From positions 39,460-103,459 of the IMG/VR virus record IMGVR_UViG_3300037247_000810: DNA of 64,000 nucleotides, one strand, 5' to 3'. Under the pieces are notes generated by a model, which had not been told where the DNA came from, made no database searches, and saw only the letters and a list, made by a program, of their open reading frames with translations. The DNA is from a virus. The position numbers were made by a program, and so were the translations under genes. Below, piece by piece: positions 49,535 through 60,275 of the stretch (positions are counted from its first letter, which is position 1; each line of letters begins with the position of its first letter).

Positions 49535-50305
49535 CTAGTGTAGCAGAAACATGACGTCTCCGGCGCGGCCCTTGACACAGTAACTGCACTCCTGGCAGTT
49601 GGCCTTGTGGCCCGTCTCCTCCGGGCAAACATAGACCGGCCGCCCGTCAATTGCTTTGAAGCTGCGCTGACCCGCGCCAATCCAAAAGTCTAGCCCCTGC
49701 TCAGCCCCAGGGCCGCTACCACGAATCGCGCGGATGTCGTCCTCCAACCAAGCCCGCCGCCAATCGGCTGGCGGACGCTCCTTGATGCTCTTATCCATGC
49801 TAGCGAATAGCTGGACGTTGGGCAAGGCCCGCAGCCGATTCAGATCAGGTAGCAAATCCGGCAGACGCCATGAACGCGTGTAGCCCCAGAAATGGACATC
49901 TGGGTGCTCCAACACCAGCTTGATCCAATGCTGGATATACTCCGGCGTTGTGAAATCGCCGCTGACATGGAGACGGACGAGCTTGGCATCGAGTGGTAAT
50001 TCGTCGGGAAGGGTCTCCACCTCACTGTTCTTCGTCCACATATCCCATACCGGGGGGCATGTGACCACCCGCCTCGCGTAGCAGATGAAGTCACAGTACG
50101 CGGACGCCCCCGGACACGTTCCCCTGGGAAGGTTGCCGCCAAGACCCACCGCTCCAGGGAGCCGCGAGTACGTGTACACACCACCTATGCCGAGCTTTGT
50201 GTTGCCGCGCCCCCACCGCGAAATCGTCACACCCCGCGTGTCCGGCAGGTAGACCGTCAGTTCCTGCTTCGCGGCCTCGACCTTACCCTTAGTCTTGCTT
50301 GGCAT
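49535..50305 (-). CDS. GP88-family (radical-SAM-like) phage protein
   Basis: GNTKLG, TCPGA..C..CYA, RLHVSGDF, WGYTR, CPE..C..C..C. Confidence 0.75.
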   Translation of the reverse strand: MPSKTKGKVEAAKQELTVYLPDTRGVTISRWGRGNTKLGIGGVYTYSRLPGAVGLGGNLPRGTCPGASAYCDFICYARRVVTCPPVWDMWTKNSEVETLPDELPLDAKLVRLHVSGDFTTPEYIQHWIKLVLEHPDVHFWGYTRSWRLPDLLPDLNRLRALPNVQLFASMDKSIKERPPADWRRAWLEDDIRAIRGSGPGAEQGLDFWIGAGQRSFKAIDGRPVYVCPEETGHKANCQECSYCVKGRAGDVMFLLH

Positions 50306-51060
50306 CGGCTTCCTCCTCTAACAATTCAATGGTGACGCGCACCCGCTTGCCCTCTGCATCCATCCAAAATCCGCCGAAGGCCTTGCCGAACATACCGGCA
50401 AGGCTGAGATATTCACTCCTGCCAATACGGATCACCGCATCACCGCAGTCGCAAATGGGATCGTAGACGGTGCCCTCAAAAGTCTTCATTCGGCCTCTGT
50501 GCTTGCCCCCCTAAACGAGCCCTCGCACATCCTTCAGATTACGCTCTCGGCGAACCTCGTTAACGGTCAGAGGAGTGAACACAATCAGTACGCCGTGCGT
50601 ACCGCACTCTGAGAGCTTCTTCGATCCATCGTACTCTGGCCCCTGATAATTGTACTCGATGTCCACGACCTTAGCCATTATGCCATGGTTGTCGAACCAG
50701 CGGTCGGTGGCGAGCATGACCTCTTGGGCCGTACCCTCGAACAGCACAATGCGGATGCGGTCGCCGCGAATGGATTGCATCAATCCTCCTTCAGTGAGCT
50801 ATAGATGACGCGCTGCGCTGCAATAAGGCCCCAAGCTATCGCCGTCGACGCGGCCGAACCAGCCGCAATCCACAGACCTAATGCGGCGTAGACTGCCGTG
50901 AAGATCACCAATCCCAGAAACGTGAGCATTGAGGACGGCAGCGGTACACTACTCGCCCGCACCCGCCACTGGTGCCACACGGTCGGTGCGAGCGCAACGG
51001 TGAACGTCGCGCTAACGATGGCCAAGATCGGGTCGGCGTAGGTTGCTAGGAAGCCCAGAA

Positions 51061-51645
51061 TCACGGCAGGCCCGTCTCCTTCCGTAGCTCTACAAGCCAT
51101 ACCCATGTGAGTTCCTCCAACTCGTTCTTTACTTGCTGCACCACCTCGACCATCAGCGTGTTACCAATGTCCACCTCAGTCTTGGCAAACAGCAGAGCCT
51201 CCAGCTTGTCGGCATACTTGACGATCTGTTGTTCCAACGTCCGGTAGTCCTGGTGTACCATCTGCCGAACGTAGCCCCGATAGCGCTCTGCCATCTCGTC
51301 GGGCAGGGTGCGGAAGATGAGGCTGTCAGCGATCTTGCGCTCCACTTTGCGGACAGCGCGGGCCAAGTCGGGGAATTCGCGCTTCGCAGCCCCCGACACG
51401 TCACCGGACTCGAATTCCGATGCGTCATGGAAGTGCGCCATCAGGAGAATCTGTAGCTCGTTCGGCTCCTCCACCCCCAGCTTTTCCAGGATGTGGTGGT
51501 GTTTCAGCGCGTCCAGGATCACTAGGGAGTCGTGCAGCACGAAGTAGTGGTGCTCAGCCAGTGATTCCTTGCGCTGCACTTGGCGAGCGTGCCAGCGCGT
51601 GATGAAACCAGCACGGCGATCCTCCAGGAAACTTAGGATGGTCAT
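51061..51645 (-). CDS. HD-domain 5'-deoxynucleotidase (YfbR-like)
   Basis: RW..ESLAEH, HDASE..GD, KYADKLE. Confidence 0.85.
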   Translation of the reverse strand: MTILSFLEDRRAGFITRWHARQVQRKESLAEHHYFVLHDSLVILDALKHHHILEKLGVEEPNELQILLMAHFHDASEFESGDVSGAAKREFPDLARAVRKVERKIADSLIFRTLPDEMAERYRGYVRQMVHQDYRTLEQQIVKYADKLEALLFAKTEVDIGNTLMVEVVQQVKNELEELTWVWLVELRKETGLP

Positions 51646-51863
51646 CTAACTTACCTCCACCTGCTGAATCTCACTCGGCACAAGCTGGCCCGACCTAGCA
51701 AACTCAATGGCCCACCGGCCCGGTGCTTCAGGCGGACTTTCTACCATAAGACATTTCGTCGCGGCATGGAACGGGCAATCAAGTAGGTTTGGACGGCAGG
51801 ACAGCGGGTGCTGGAGGCTCCAATCCGTCTCAGTAACTTCCAGAATGTGCAGATTGTTGGTGC

Positions 51864-54473
51864 TCATGCGGCGACCTTCTCCTCCTCCTCGCACGGGCGG
51901 CACTTATCCGGTGCGCCCTCATGCACTTGCGCTCCCTTAGTGAGATGGTGGCTCACGTCCTCCCACGCAGACCCCCATTCTACATCCACAGGCACGATCC
52001 ACGGCCGCCCGACACGAGCCGTCTCCTCGTAAGCCGAGTCCTGCATGACCTTCTGGACGTAGCGAGCTACCTCCTCAGCCTTCTCCACCGCGACCTCCAT
52101 CATTACGCTGTCGTGGATGGAAGCCACGATCCATGCTTCATTGTCGCACAACCACTGATCTCGGTCAAGCCGGATGGTCGCCAACGAGTGAATATCCGAG
52201 GCGCTGGACTGGACGGGGAAGTTATAGCTCTCGCGGTAGACGTGGCCCATCTGCTTCTTGTAGCCACCGAAATGCTTCATCGTCTCCACGCCCCAGAACA
52301 GGCGGCGACGGTCGAAGATATTGTAGACCTCGTGCCGGTTGCGAACAGTACGGCGCTGCTTGGCGAAGTAGTCAGGCAGCTTCTCGACGATGCCAAAGTA
52401 CATATCCAGAAGCTCGGCGGCCCGCTCCCTCGAACAACCCAACCGCTTCGCAATAGTCACTTCGCTCATCCCGTAGCCCAGGCCGAAGTTGAAGGTCTTC
52501 GCCTGGCGGCGCTGCTCCTTCGTCACCTGCGTACCATCCGGCACCTCGAACAGCTTGCGGGCCACGAAGTCGTGCACGTCCGCGCCGCTCTCCAGCACCC
52601 CGATCAGCCGCTCGTCCTCAGCAATGTACGCCAGGCCCCGCAACTCAATCTGCGAGAAGTCGGCGGACAGCAGCACACGACCAGGCGGCGCGATGAAGAT
52701 TTCACGGATGGGCGCGCCCTCTTCGGACTTGCCCTCGCCGACGACATTCTGGATATTCGGGCTGGCGCTCAGGCGGCCCGTCTCGGTGCCGTCCACGCGA
52801 TAGTTGGTGTGCAGGCGGCCGTCCACCTTCGAAATCTTGTTCAGCAGCCCCTTCTTGGCCTTCTCGCGCTGCTCCGGCTTCGCGCCTTTGAGGAAGGTCT
52901 TCATAATCTGTTCAAGGCCCGCCAAGCGGATCAGGATGGGGACAATCGGGTGCGAGCCAACGCCGACCTCTTCCAGCGCCTCCTTTTTCACACTCGGCAG
53001 CCGCGCCTTGTCCGTGAGAATGCCCGACGGCTCCAGGCCCAGCCCGCCCTCGGAGGGCTTACCGAACAGGAGCTTGCGCTTCTGCTGATCGCTGCGGTAA
53101 TTGAACTTCTCCGGCACTTCCGGGATGTCATCCAGCAGCGCCTTCTGCTCTGCTACCAGCCGGTCATAGGTCTCGACCAGCGCATCCGCCTTCTCCTGAT
53201 CAACCAGGACGCCGTGCTCCTCCATGTGCATCGTCGCCCCGGAGAGCGGCATGGTGACGTTCTCGAACAGCCACCGGCGCTTCGGGTTAGCATCGAAGTC
53301 CTTGTCGATTTCCAGCGCCACCCGCAGCGTGCAGTCTGCGTCACCGCCCTGGTACTTCCAGAGAATGGCCAGCGGACAGTCCGCCATGTGTGTCTTGTAC
53401 TCGGCGGCCCCACGGCCATAGTCCCCCATATTCGTGTACAAGTTGCACAGAATCTCAAGGGAGTGGCCCGCCTCCTCGTTGATTAGGTGGTAGGCGAGCA
53501 TCGTGTCGAACGAGATGTTCTTGAGGTAGATTTCGAGGTCGTGCGCGAGGTATAGCTCGTCGAACCTGATGTTCTGACCGATCTTCGGCACGTCGCTCTG
53601 GAAGATGCGGCGGAGGGCGCGGATCACGCGCTTCTTGTCGGCGGGCGACCACATCTCCTCGGCCCCCAAGCCGAGCACCGGCACGACGTAAGCGGTGCCG
53701 ACCTGCCAGGTGACGCCGACACACAGGATATTGCCGGTCTGCCAGTCCAGGGAGGTCGTCTCGGTGTCAATTGAGAGCACACCCGCCTCGGTCTCAACCA
53801 ACTCGGCTAGGTGCTCCACGCTCTCCACATCGAGGCAGACCTGGTACTTGCCCAGGCCCTCCTCGAAGACGTCGGGCTGCTTGCTCTCCTTCAAGGCTTT
53901 CTGGAGATCGGCGATGCCGTATTTTTCGTTGCTCCAGACATGGAAGGCAGAGGCCGGATGGAGAATGGGCACCATCTTCTTGCCCAATTCCTCCTGCCAG
54001 AGCACCGCGCCGCGCAGCCGCGTGATCGGCAGCGGCTTGCCGCCCTCGAACTTGGCCTCGTTGTACAGATTCTCTAGGGCGATGCCACCGGCGGGAACAA
54101 TGAGGTCGGGGTCAACCCACTCCAACTCGTCCATGAGGAAGCTGCGGCAATTGCGTACCTCCTCCGGCGTCGGCTCCCGCTCCTTGTCCTCCTTGGCCTT
54201 GGGGCCAATGCAGCGAGTACTGTTGGCCCAGTAGACATCCTTCTTGGGATGGAAGCCCGCCGCGATCAGCCACCCGCGCGCCGTCTCACCAGCAGGGCCG
54301 ATGAACGGCTCGCCGCGCGCATCCTCTTTCTGTCCTGGCCCCAAGCCGACGAACGCGATCTTCGCGTGTCGAGGCCCGCGCCCATTGACAATAGTATTGC
54401 GGCTATCACATAGCTCCGGGCAGCGGTCACAGTCTAGGACTGTTACGCCGTCACGTTTGTGCATGACCCGCAA
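51864..54473 (-). CDS. polA: family A DNA polymerase with N-terminal family-4 UDG domain and 3'-5' exonuclease
   Basis: CxxC..GLGPG..PFIG..HPAS; DTETT; TETGRLS, DFSQIELR, AKTFNFGLGYG, NFPVQS, IHDS. Confidence 0.93.
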   Translation of the reverse strand: MRVMHKRDGVTVLDCDRCPELCDSRNTIVNGRGPRHAKIAFVGLGPGQKEDARGEPFIGPAGETARGWLIAAGFHPKKDVYWANSTRCIGPKAKEDKEREPTPEEVRNCRSFLMDELEWVDPDLIVPAGGIALENLYNEAKFEGGKPLPITRLRGAVLWQEELGKKMVPILHPASAFHVWSNEKYGIADLQKALKESKQPDVFEEGLGKYQVCLDVESVEHLAELVETEAGVLSIDTETTSLDWQTGNILCVGVTWQVGTAYVVPVLGLGAEEMWSPADKKRVIRALRRIFQSDVPKIGQNIRFDELYLAHDLEIYLKNISFDTMLAYHLINEEAGHSLEILCNLYTNMGDYGRGAAEYKTHMADCPLAILWKYQGGDADCTLRVALEIDKDFDANPKRRWLFENVTMPLSGATMHMEEHGVLVDQEKADALVETYDRLVAEQKALLDDIPEVPEKFNYRSDQQKRKLLFGKPSEGGLGLEPSGILTDKARLPSVKKEALEEVGVGSHPIVPILIRLAGLEQIMKTFLKGAKPEQREKAKKGLLNKISKVDGRLHTNYRVDGTETGRLSASPNIQNVVGEGKSEEGAPIREIFIAPPGRVLLSADFSQIELRGLAYIAEDERLIGVLESGADVHDFVARKLFEVPDGTQVTKEQRRQAKTFNFGLGYGMSEVTIAKRLGCSRERAAELLDMYFGIVEKLPDYFAKQRRTVRNRHEVYNIFDRRRLFWGVETMKHFGGYKKQMGHVYRESYNFPVQSSASDIHSLATIRLDRDQWLCDNEAWIVASIHDSVMMEVAVEKAEEVARYVQKVMQDSAYEETARVGRPWIVPVDVEWGSAWEDVSHHLTKGAQVHEGAPDKCRPCEEEEKVAA

Positions 54474-55374
54474 TCCTCATGATTTGTCGGCCTACATACT
54501 CTGCTACTTGAGGGACGACAGCATTGCCGAGTCCCCTAAGTCTGTCCACCCTAGCGGGAACCCCATGAGCCATTCGACCCACGTTGGGTTCAATTTTCCA
54601 CCAGTCTTGTTCTCTAATCGCTGTACTTGAACAGTCAGCATCAAAGGTACGGTTCCTCGCTTGTGTGCCGGAGCATCGCAGTGATTGTGCGATCCGTCCC
54701 CGGCTTGCGGAGTCCGCCACTGCCTCACGGCCCTCTGCAAGTCCATCATCCCGGGCGGCCCCGTACCCTTCGCGTACTGCCCGCTCCGATGGCGGTTCGC
54801 CGCTCGTTTCTTCGCAGCCATCCACGCTTTTTCCGTCCGCCCGTCGTAGGTCTGTTGGGGCGTGGGCCACATCACATCCCGAATCGGTGTGGGCAATAAT
54901 GAAGACTCTGTTTCGGAGGTGTGGGGCTCCAACGTCTGCTGCCGACACACAACCCCATCCCGCATCGTACCCCAACGAGGAAAGGTCAGCGAGGACGAAT
55001 CCCATCCCTTTAGTAAGGAGTCCTGGGACGTTTTCCACAAGGACGTAGCGGGGTCGAAGTAGACCGATGACACGGGCGAACTCTGGCCAGAGCCAACGCG
55101 AATCGGCTTCAGCTTGCCGTTTACCCGCTGTCGAAACTGGTTGGCAGGGGAATCCTCCACAGATGAGATCGACTTTCGGCGTTGTTTCATCTAGCTCCCT
55201 CACATCCTCGTAGCAGTGTACGTCAGGCCAGTGCTTAGCCAGCACCTTGCGGCAATAGGGGTCGATTTCGCACTGCCAGATGATCTCCATGCCCGCCCGC
55301 TCCAAGCCCAAATCGATACCGCCAATACCAGAAAATAGGCTACCTACTGTCAGAGCGCCATCAAGTTCGCGCAT
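54451..55374 (-). CDS. C5-cytosine methyltransferase, alpha polypeptide
   Basis: SLFSGIGG, GGFPCQ, ENV, RNRVF, LGNAVVPQ. Confidence 0.9.
   Translation of the reverse strand: MRELDGALTVGSLFSGIGGIDLGLERAGMEIIWQCEIDPYCRKVLAKHWPDVHCYEDVRELDETTPKVDLICGGFPCQPVSTAGKRQAEADSRWLWPEFARVIGLLRPRYVLVENVPGLLTKGMGFVLADLSSLGYDAGWGCVSAADVGAPHLRNRVFIIAHTDSGCDVAHAPTDLRRADGKSVDGCEETSGEPPSERAVREGYGAARDDGLAEGREAVADSASRGRIAQSLRCSGTQARNRTFDADCSSTAIREQDWWKIEPNVGRMAHGVPARVDRLRGLGNAVVPQVAEYVGRQIMRIAGHAQT
54504..55190 (-). CDS. C5-methyltransferase beta polypeptide, nested in an alternative frame
   Basis: GGGAG RBS; LNPTWVEWLMGFPLGWT is motif IX, absent from the alpha ORF. Confidence 0.75.
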   Translation of the reverse strand: MKQRRKSISSVEDSPANQFRQRVNGKLKPIRVGSGQSSPVSSVYFDPATSLWKTSQDSLLKGWDSSSLTFPRWGTMRDGVVCRQQTLEPHTSETESSLLPTPIRDVMWPTPQQTYDGRTEKAWMAAKKRAANRHRSGQYAKGTGPPGMMDLQRAVRQWRTPQAGDGSHNHCDAPAHKRGTVPLMLTVQVQRLENKTGGKLNPTWVEWLMGFPLGWTDLGDSAMLSSLK

Positions 55375-55600
55375 GTCCCCCCAAGCCAGTCAGTTGCTCC
55401 GCCGCCTGCGCATTCATCTCGGCGGCCGTGATGGCGTGCTTCCCAACTCCTCCCCTAAAGTTGCGGGCCACTCCGCAATGACGGCAGTGGCCCGGCGCAG
55501 ATGGTGTTGACTTCGAATCGATGACCCAGCGGTGGCGCTTCGTGGGCGATTCCTCGCAATAATGAGCGCAGCCGGGGGCGCAATTATGAGCCACGATCAT
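55361..55600 (-). CDS. small Zn-binding protein
   Basis: HRWVI..GHCRHCG. Confidence 0.6.
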   Translation of the reverse strand: MIVAHNCAPGCAHYCEESPTKRHRWVIDSKSTPSAPGHCRHCGVARNFRGGVGKHAITAAEMNAQAAEQLTGLGGHART

Positions 55601-55748
55601 ACTCCCTTACAAACCAGCCATTCAACAATATGCGGCGCGGTGGCCTGATCAATCAGCTTTTCGTCTGGCCGCGCGCGACGGATATGCGGATCGTGGTACT
55701 GCACATATTCACATGGGACAAACCGGAGGCTATTCCACGTTGGCTTAA

Positions 55749-57095
55749 TCATACCCTCGGCACCTGCTCGCGCGTGCGGCCGATGACCTCAATATCTCGC
55801 ACCTCATCCACCGTTGCCAGGTGGATGCGGGTCTGCTGCGTCTTGCGGCGCTTCGGGTGTAGGAACATGATCTCCTGCGACGGCAGATTGGCGGTCGGGC
55901 GGCTACCCTCTAGCACCTGCGGGGACGGGCCAACGAAGCAGCCGTTCTGGATGACCTCGCCACCAATCTCGTCCTCGGCGGACTCGGCGGTATGCAAATG
56001 GCCCTTGACCATGAAGTTGACGACCTCGCCGACCACCGCGTTCATGTGTAGCTTGTTGTCGAAGGCTCCCGTATACGTCCGGCGCAGGCCGCCGATCTTG
56101 TGACCGTGGCGGAGGTAGAACGACCAGCCTTCGATCTCCGTCATGAGGAAGAACGGACGGGCGATGTGGAAGTCCACCAGGCCGCCAGTGAGCGACATGA
56201 TGCCCGACGGCGATGTGTACTTGTCCGCGCCCTCACCGTACTCGATCCATTGACCGCCGGTCTGCTTCGATACCGCCTCGGCAATAAGCTGCCACGCCCA
56301 CAACTCCATGTTGTCTGCGCCGTAGGACTCGCGGTCGCGGGCAGTGATGCGGCCATGGTTGCCGCGCACCTTCAACCACACAGAATGCTCGAACCGTTGC
56401 GTGAGGTCAAGGATGATCTGGGTCATGTCCACCACGAACCCCGCGACCTGCCGCTCGACGGATGCCTCCATCTGGATGCCCTGTGACGGGAACATCAGCC
56501 CGTGGCCCTCGAAGTCATCTCCGAGTGCCAGCCCATAAAAGCGCGGCACCTTCATGAAAATCTGCCGCATCTGTGCGAACCGCAGCAAGCCATCCCGCCA
56601 GCGGCAGAGCCGTTCGCGGGCCAGGTCGATGTTATACTCGCCGATACCGCCGCTGATGCGCCGGTCGATCTGGGAACCGTAGTGCAGATCGGAGAAGGGA
56701 GCCACCATCGACTCCGGGGTATCGAAGCCCATATCCTCGATCCGCGTTGCCTGAATGTGCTCCGGCACAGGCCGGAGGCTGTCGGCACTCTCCAAGATCA
56801 GACCGCGCAATTCCTCGCGGCGCTGTGTCTCCTGCTCCTCGCGGGTCGGCGGCTTCTCTTTCACCTCGAACGGCTCGCCCTGAACGCGCTTCCGCTTGAG
56901 CACGTCCCGGATGATGTCCGCCGACAGATCGACCCAGTAGTCCTTGCCAGAGAACCACTTGTTCACCTCGGCCGCCACACTCTCGTAGCTACCACGGCCG
57001 GACGGGCCGCTGGCAGCAGTCGTGCGAACGTAAGCGCGCACGGTCTCCCGTAGTTCTTCGGGCATATCACGGAGTCGGGTGAAAGTTTCAGTCAT
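55749..57095 (-). CDS. calcineurin-like metallophosphoesterase
   Basis: SDLHYG, GDD, GNHG, HGH, GHLH. Confidence 0.85.
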   Translation of the reverse strand: MTETFTRLRDMPEELRETVRAYVRTTAASGPSGRGSYESVAAEVNKWFSGKDYWVDLSADIIRDVLKRKRVQGEPFEVKEKPPTREEQETQRREELRGLILESADSLRPVPEHIQATRIEDMGFDTPESMVAPFSDLHYGSQIDRRISGGIGEYNIDLARERLCRWRDGLLRFAQMRQIFMKVPRFYGLALGDDFEGHGLMFPSQGIQMEASVERQVAGFVVDMTQIILDLTQRFEHSVWLKVRGNHGRITARDRESYGADNMELWAWQLIAEAVSKQTGGQWIEYGEGADKYTSPSGIMSLTGGLVDFHIARPFFLMTEIEGWSFYLRHGHKIGGLRRTYTGAFDNKLHMNAVVGEVVNFMVKGHLHTAESAEDEIGGEVIQNGCFVGPSPQVLEGSRPTANLPSQEIMFLHPKRRKTQQTRIHLATVDEVRDIEVIGRTREQVPRV

Positions 57096-57561
57096 GGTTT
57101 TCTCCCTTCGGTACGTTGTTGTGGCCCCACGCCGCAATACCGGCGGCGTCGTAGGCGTCCTGTGGTTGGCCAGGCGGCATCTGTAGGAACGTCTGCGCGA
57201 AGGCGGCGATCTCTTCCTTCGAAGCATGGCCATTGCCGAGCAGCCCCTTCTTCCAGGTGCCATTATCAACGAGCGAATTGGCTAGGCCGTGCCGCCACAG
57301 GAAGGAGCGAACAATACCCACTACCTGGGCCTGATCGCGGAGGGCCTTGGCATTGACCCCCATCACTGGTGTCTCGATGTAGACCCAGCAAACATGATGC
57401 CAGATACTCAATGACTGCACTTCCAACCGTGCCGCGAGTGCTTGAATCCGGTCTTCGGCCCGGCGGCCGTAACCCTCGATGCGGCAAATGTTTGGCACAC
57501 AGTCTCCGAGCGCCACGATCTGAATCGCCTTCGTGTCGGGATCGATACCCGCAATCCTCAT
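57088..57561 (-). CDS. ruvC: Holliday junction resolvase
   Basis: IAGIDP, IETP, GNGHASK, DAYDAAGIA. Confidence 0.8.
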   Translation of the reverse strand: MRIAGIDPDTKAIQIVALGDCVPNICRIEGYGRRAEDRIQALAARLEVQSLSIWHHVCWVYIETPVMGVNAKALRDQAQVVGIVRSFLWRHGLANSLVDNGTWKKGLLGNGHASKEEIAAFAQTFLQMPPGQPQDAYDAAGIAAWGHNNVPKGENHD

Positions 57562-57604
57562 ACCTTCTCTCCGTCTCCTCTCAGGATACCCCATTGTAAC
57601 ACCA

Positions 57605-58306
57605 TTACACAGCGGCTGCCACCGTTGGGGCCTCTGCCCCCTTCAGCACGTGGGAATGGGTGATTTTGCGCACCTTCTCGAAGCTGTACGCAACGTCAGC
57701 CGCATCCACGTACTCGCGCTCCTGAGTGACCATGAGCACCTGGAATCCCAAACGATCAATGAGTGCGGCCATCATCTCCGCCAACGGGTGGCGGAACTCG
57801 ACACTGAGATGGGCGAACGGCTCGTCCATGACCAATACGAGCCGCAGTAGCGGCCGGGAGGCCATAATCAACAGGACGCGGAGCAGGAAGGCGATGATGC
57901 CGATGTAACCGCCACCCTGGCCCTCCATGACGTCCTCTTCCTGCCCATCTTTGACGAGCACGAACTCCACGGCGCTCATGTCCGCTTTCGTTGATGGCCT
58001 AATCTGTAGCTGTAACTCCTCACCGAACACGTGAGATAGGCCTTCGGAGACGATGGCCTCAGTCGACTTCTGGAACTTGCGCTGCCAGACCTCCTCCATC
58101 CCCTGAAGCCGGTCGAGAACAGTGCGCAGAATCTCGGCCTCATCGCCAGTCGCAGTGACGCGCTCCTCGGCCTCGGCGAGCGCAGCAGCAACTACCTCCC
58201 GCGCGCCCTCGTGCCGAGCTAGCTCCCGACTAAGCGCATCGAGGCGCGTTTGGAGCCGGGCCGCGATCTCATCAACCTCAAGCAAGGACGGATTCGGCTT
58301 CGTCAA
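57605..58306 (-). CDS. SbcC/Rad50 C-terminal half (ABC signature, Walker B)
   Basis: GQGGG, VMDEPFAHLS, MVTQ. Confidence 0.8.
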   Translation of the reverse strand: MTKPNPSLLEVDEIAARLQTRLDALSRELARHEGAREVVAAALAEAEERVTATGDEAEILRTVLDRLQGMEEVWQRKFQKSTEAIVSEGLSHVFGEELQLQIRPSTKADMSAVEFVLVKDGQEEDVMEGQGGGYIGIIAFLLRVLLIMASRPLLRLVLVMDEPFAHLSVEFRHPLAEMMAALIDRLGFQVLMVTQEREYVDAADVAYSFEKVRKITHSHVLKGAEAPTVAAAV

Positions 58307-58547
58307 GCTGTTCCTCCAATTGCACCAGATCGGTTTTGATCTCTTCGATCAGCCGGTTCTCCTGGCGCTCCAGATCGCGGTCAGGATCGAGACCCAGTTG
58401 TTCGATAGCGTCGTCAGCGGCGGTAAGCTGATCCTCGGCCGCCTTCTTCTTCGTGCGCGCCTCGGTCGTGCACGTCTTGGCGCGGTCAACACGCTGGCGC
58501 AGATCGAGTACCTGTTGGGTTGGATCATCTTTAGCCATAAACACCCT
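58278..58547 (-). CDS. small coiled-coil protein
   Basis: GGAAGG RBS; heptad pattern. Confidence 0.6.
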   Translation of the reverse strand, partial: RVFMAKDDPTQQVLDLRQRVDRAKTCTTEARTKKKAAEDQLTAADDAIEQLGLDPDRDLERQENRLIEEIKTDLVQLEEQLDEAESVLA

Positions 58548-59015
58548 TCCTCTTGTCATTGGCAAGACAGACAACGGTCGCCCTCGCGCTCGACCAGATT
58601 ATCACAGTCCGCACAAGGAACGCCTTTGCCCTCTTGACAATTCTCGCAATAGAGCTTGTCCCCTAATGCCAGCCAATCGCAATCGGTGGCGTGCCCTCGC
58701 GCCTCTTCAGGACTGGGGTGGTGGACGATGTAGTCAGTTTCAAGCTCCAGATTGCAGCCATCACAAACTGCGGTGTAACAAGTCGTCTGCGGTGTGCCCA
58801 TCTAATTCTCCTCCTCCTCATCATCATCGAGTGCAAATGGCAGCTTGTAATGGTCGCCAAGGCCAAGGCCAAGGCCGACCCACTTGAAGACGGCGCTGGG
58901 CCAAGTGTCCTCGGTCGCATCACAGAATGTGTGAAGCTCCCAACCCCGTTCTCGCGCTTCGTTCAACCGTTCCTCGATCCGCCCAGGGGGGAAGACTCGA
59001 TAAGCGTAATGCAAT

Positions 59016-59990
59016 TTAGTCACAGGCCTCTGCCTCCGTTAGATAATGACGCAGCCGCCGAACCACCTCCGGCGGGTCGTCCTTGGTGTACCGGGCGATT
59101 AGCTCCTCCAGCGGCGTCTCTTCCAACTCCAGGGACGACGCCAGGTTCTCAGCGAAATCTCCTAGCTCCCGCTCCGGGGCCACCTCTTGATCGAAGAACA
59201 CCTCCTCGGCGGGGCGGGCCGACATAAGCGGATGCCGATCGAACTCGATCCCGCCTTTATCCAAGGTCACGGTCAGTACCTCCGGCCGCCGCTCCAGATT
59301 GTGCTTGGTGCGCTCGACCCGTGCGACGGAGCCGATGTTCGCGTACCAGCAGCCGGACGGCAACTGATGGATGCCCAGGTCTCGATGATCGTGCCCGCAC
59401 AAGAGCACGTGCAGCAAGTCAGTCGGTAGCTTGTCGGCGTTGTGATGTGGGTAGATGGCGTCCTGGCCCGGCGGCAGGATCATAGCGTGGGCAACCATGA
59501 TCGTGTACCCGTTCTTAGGCCGCAGCGCCACCTCTTCCTTCTTGAGCTTGAAGATATTCGAGAGGTTATCGATGTATGGCTCCCAGTTTCGCGGCACAAA
59601 TAGCACCTTCTCGCCACCCGCCTCAATGAGCCGGGCCTTGTCCAACCAATTGATGACGCCCGCCCTAATCAGCACACCGAATGGCATGGTGAACACCGAG
59701 TCCACGCCGGAGTAGGAGAAATCGTGGTTGCCACCGACGCCATAAATCTCGACGGGACGCCGCCGGTACAAATCCAGGAGGCGCACCAGCAGCCGATTGA
59801 TGTTGACAACGCCCCGGAATTTGTGGAAATAATCGCCGCAATCTACGATCAAATCGCAGCCAGTACGGGCGGCAATATCAAACGTCTCTTCCTGCTTAGC
59901 CAGAATGTCGTCCATATAGGACTCCGTGCGGCCAAGCGGCGGGCGGTCGGCGTTGTGCAGGTCGTTCCTGACGAGGAACTTAATGCTCAT
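59016..59990 (-). CDS. SbcD/Mre11-like nuclease
   Basis: DLH, GDYFH, GNHD, GHDH, NIGS. Confidence 0.85.
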   Translation of the reverse strand: MSIKFLVRNDLHNADRPPLGRTESYMDDILAKQEETFDIAARTGCDLIVDCGDYFHKFRGVVNINRLLVRLLDLYRRRPVEIYGVGGNHDFSYSGVDSVFTMPFGVLIRAGVINWLDKARLIEAGGEKVLFVPRNWEPYIDNLSNIFKLKKEEVALRPKNGYTIMVAHAMILPPGQDAIYPHHNADKLPTDLLHVLLCGHDHRDLGIHQLPSGCWYANIGSVARVERTKHNLERRPEVLTVTLDKGGIEFDRHPLMSARPAEEVFFDQEVAPERELGDFAENLASSLELEETPLEELIARYTKDDPPEVVRRLRHYLTEAEACD

Positions 59991-60275
59991 GCTCTCCCCA
60001 CATCCGAATCGGTTGTGTCGGGCAGCCCCAATTCAACTGCGGCGGCAATAAAGCGCTTAGCAATGTCTGCACGGCCCCATCGAGCAAACAGCATTGAACT
60101 ACGAACCGCGATAGCCGCATCCGCTGTCTCGCGGACAGGTTGTGCTTCAACAATGAGGCCAAAGTCACTAGGATCACGATCTTGTAAGGTATCGAATGCT
60201 TCCCATTGATCCATTGCTTCAACGATCTCGTCGATGGCTTTGCTTGATAAAAACCATTTCATTGTGTTCTTGCCT

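Noticed and set aside
51061-51645. DatZ of a 2-aminoadenine genome
   Set aside because: generic HD motifs only; no purZ or mazZ in the window
51921-53486. 521-aa plus-strand ORF (also 62312-63610 and 26025-26759)
   Set aside because: antisense shadows of high-GC genes (polA, SSB, DUF932)
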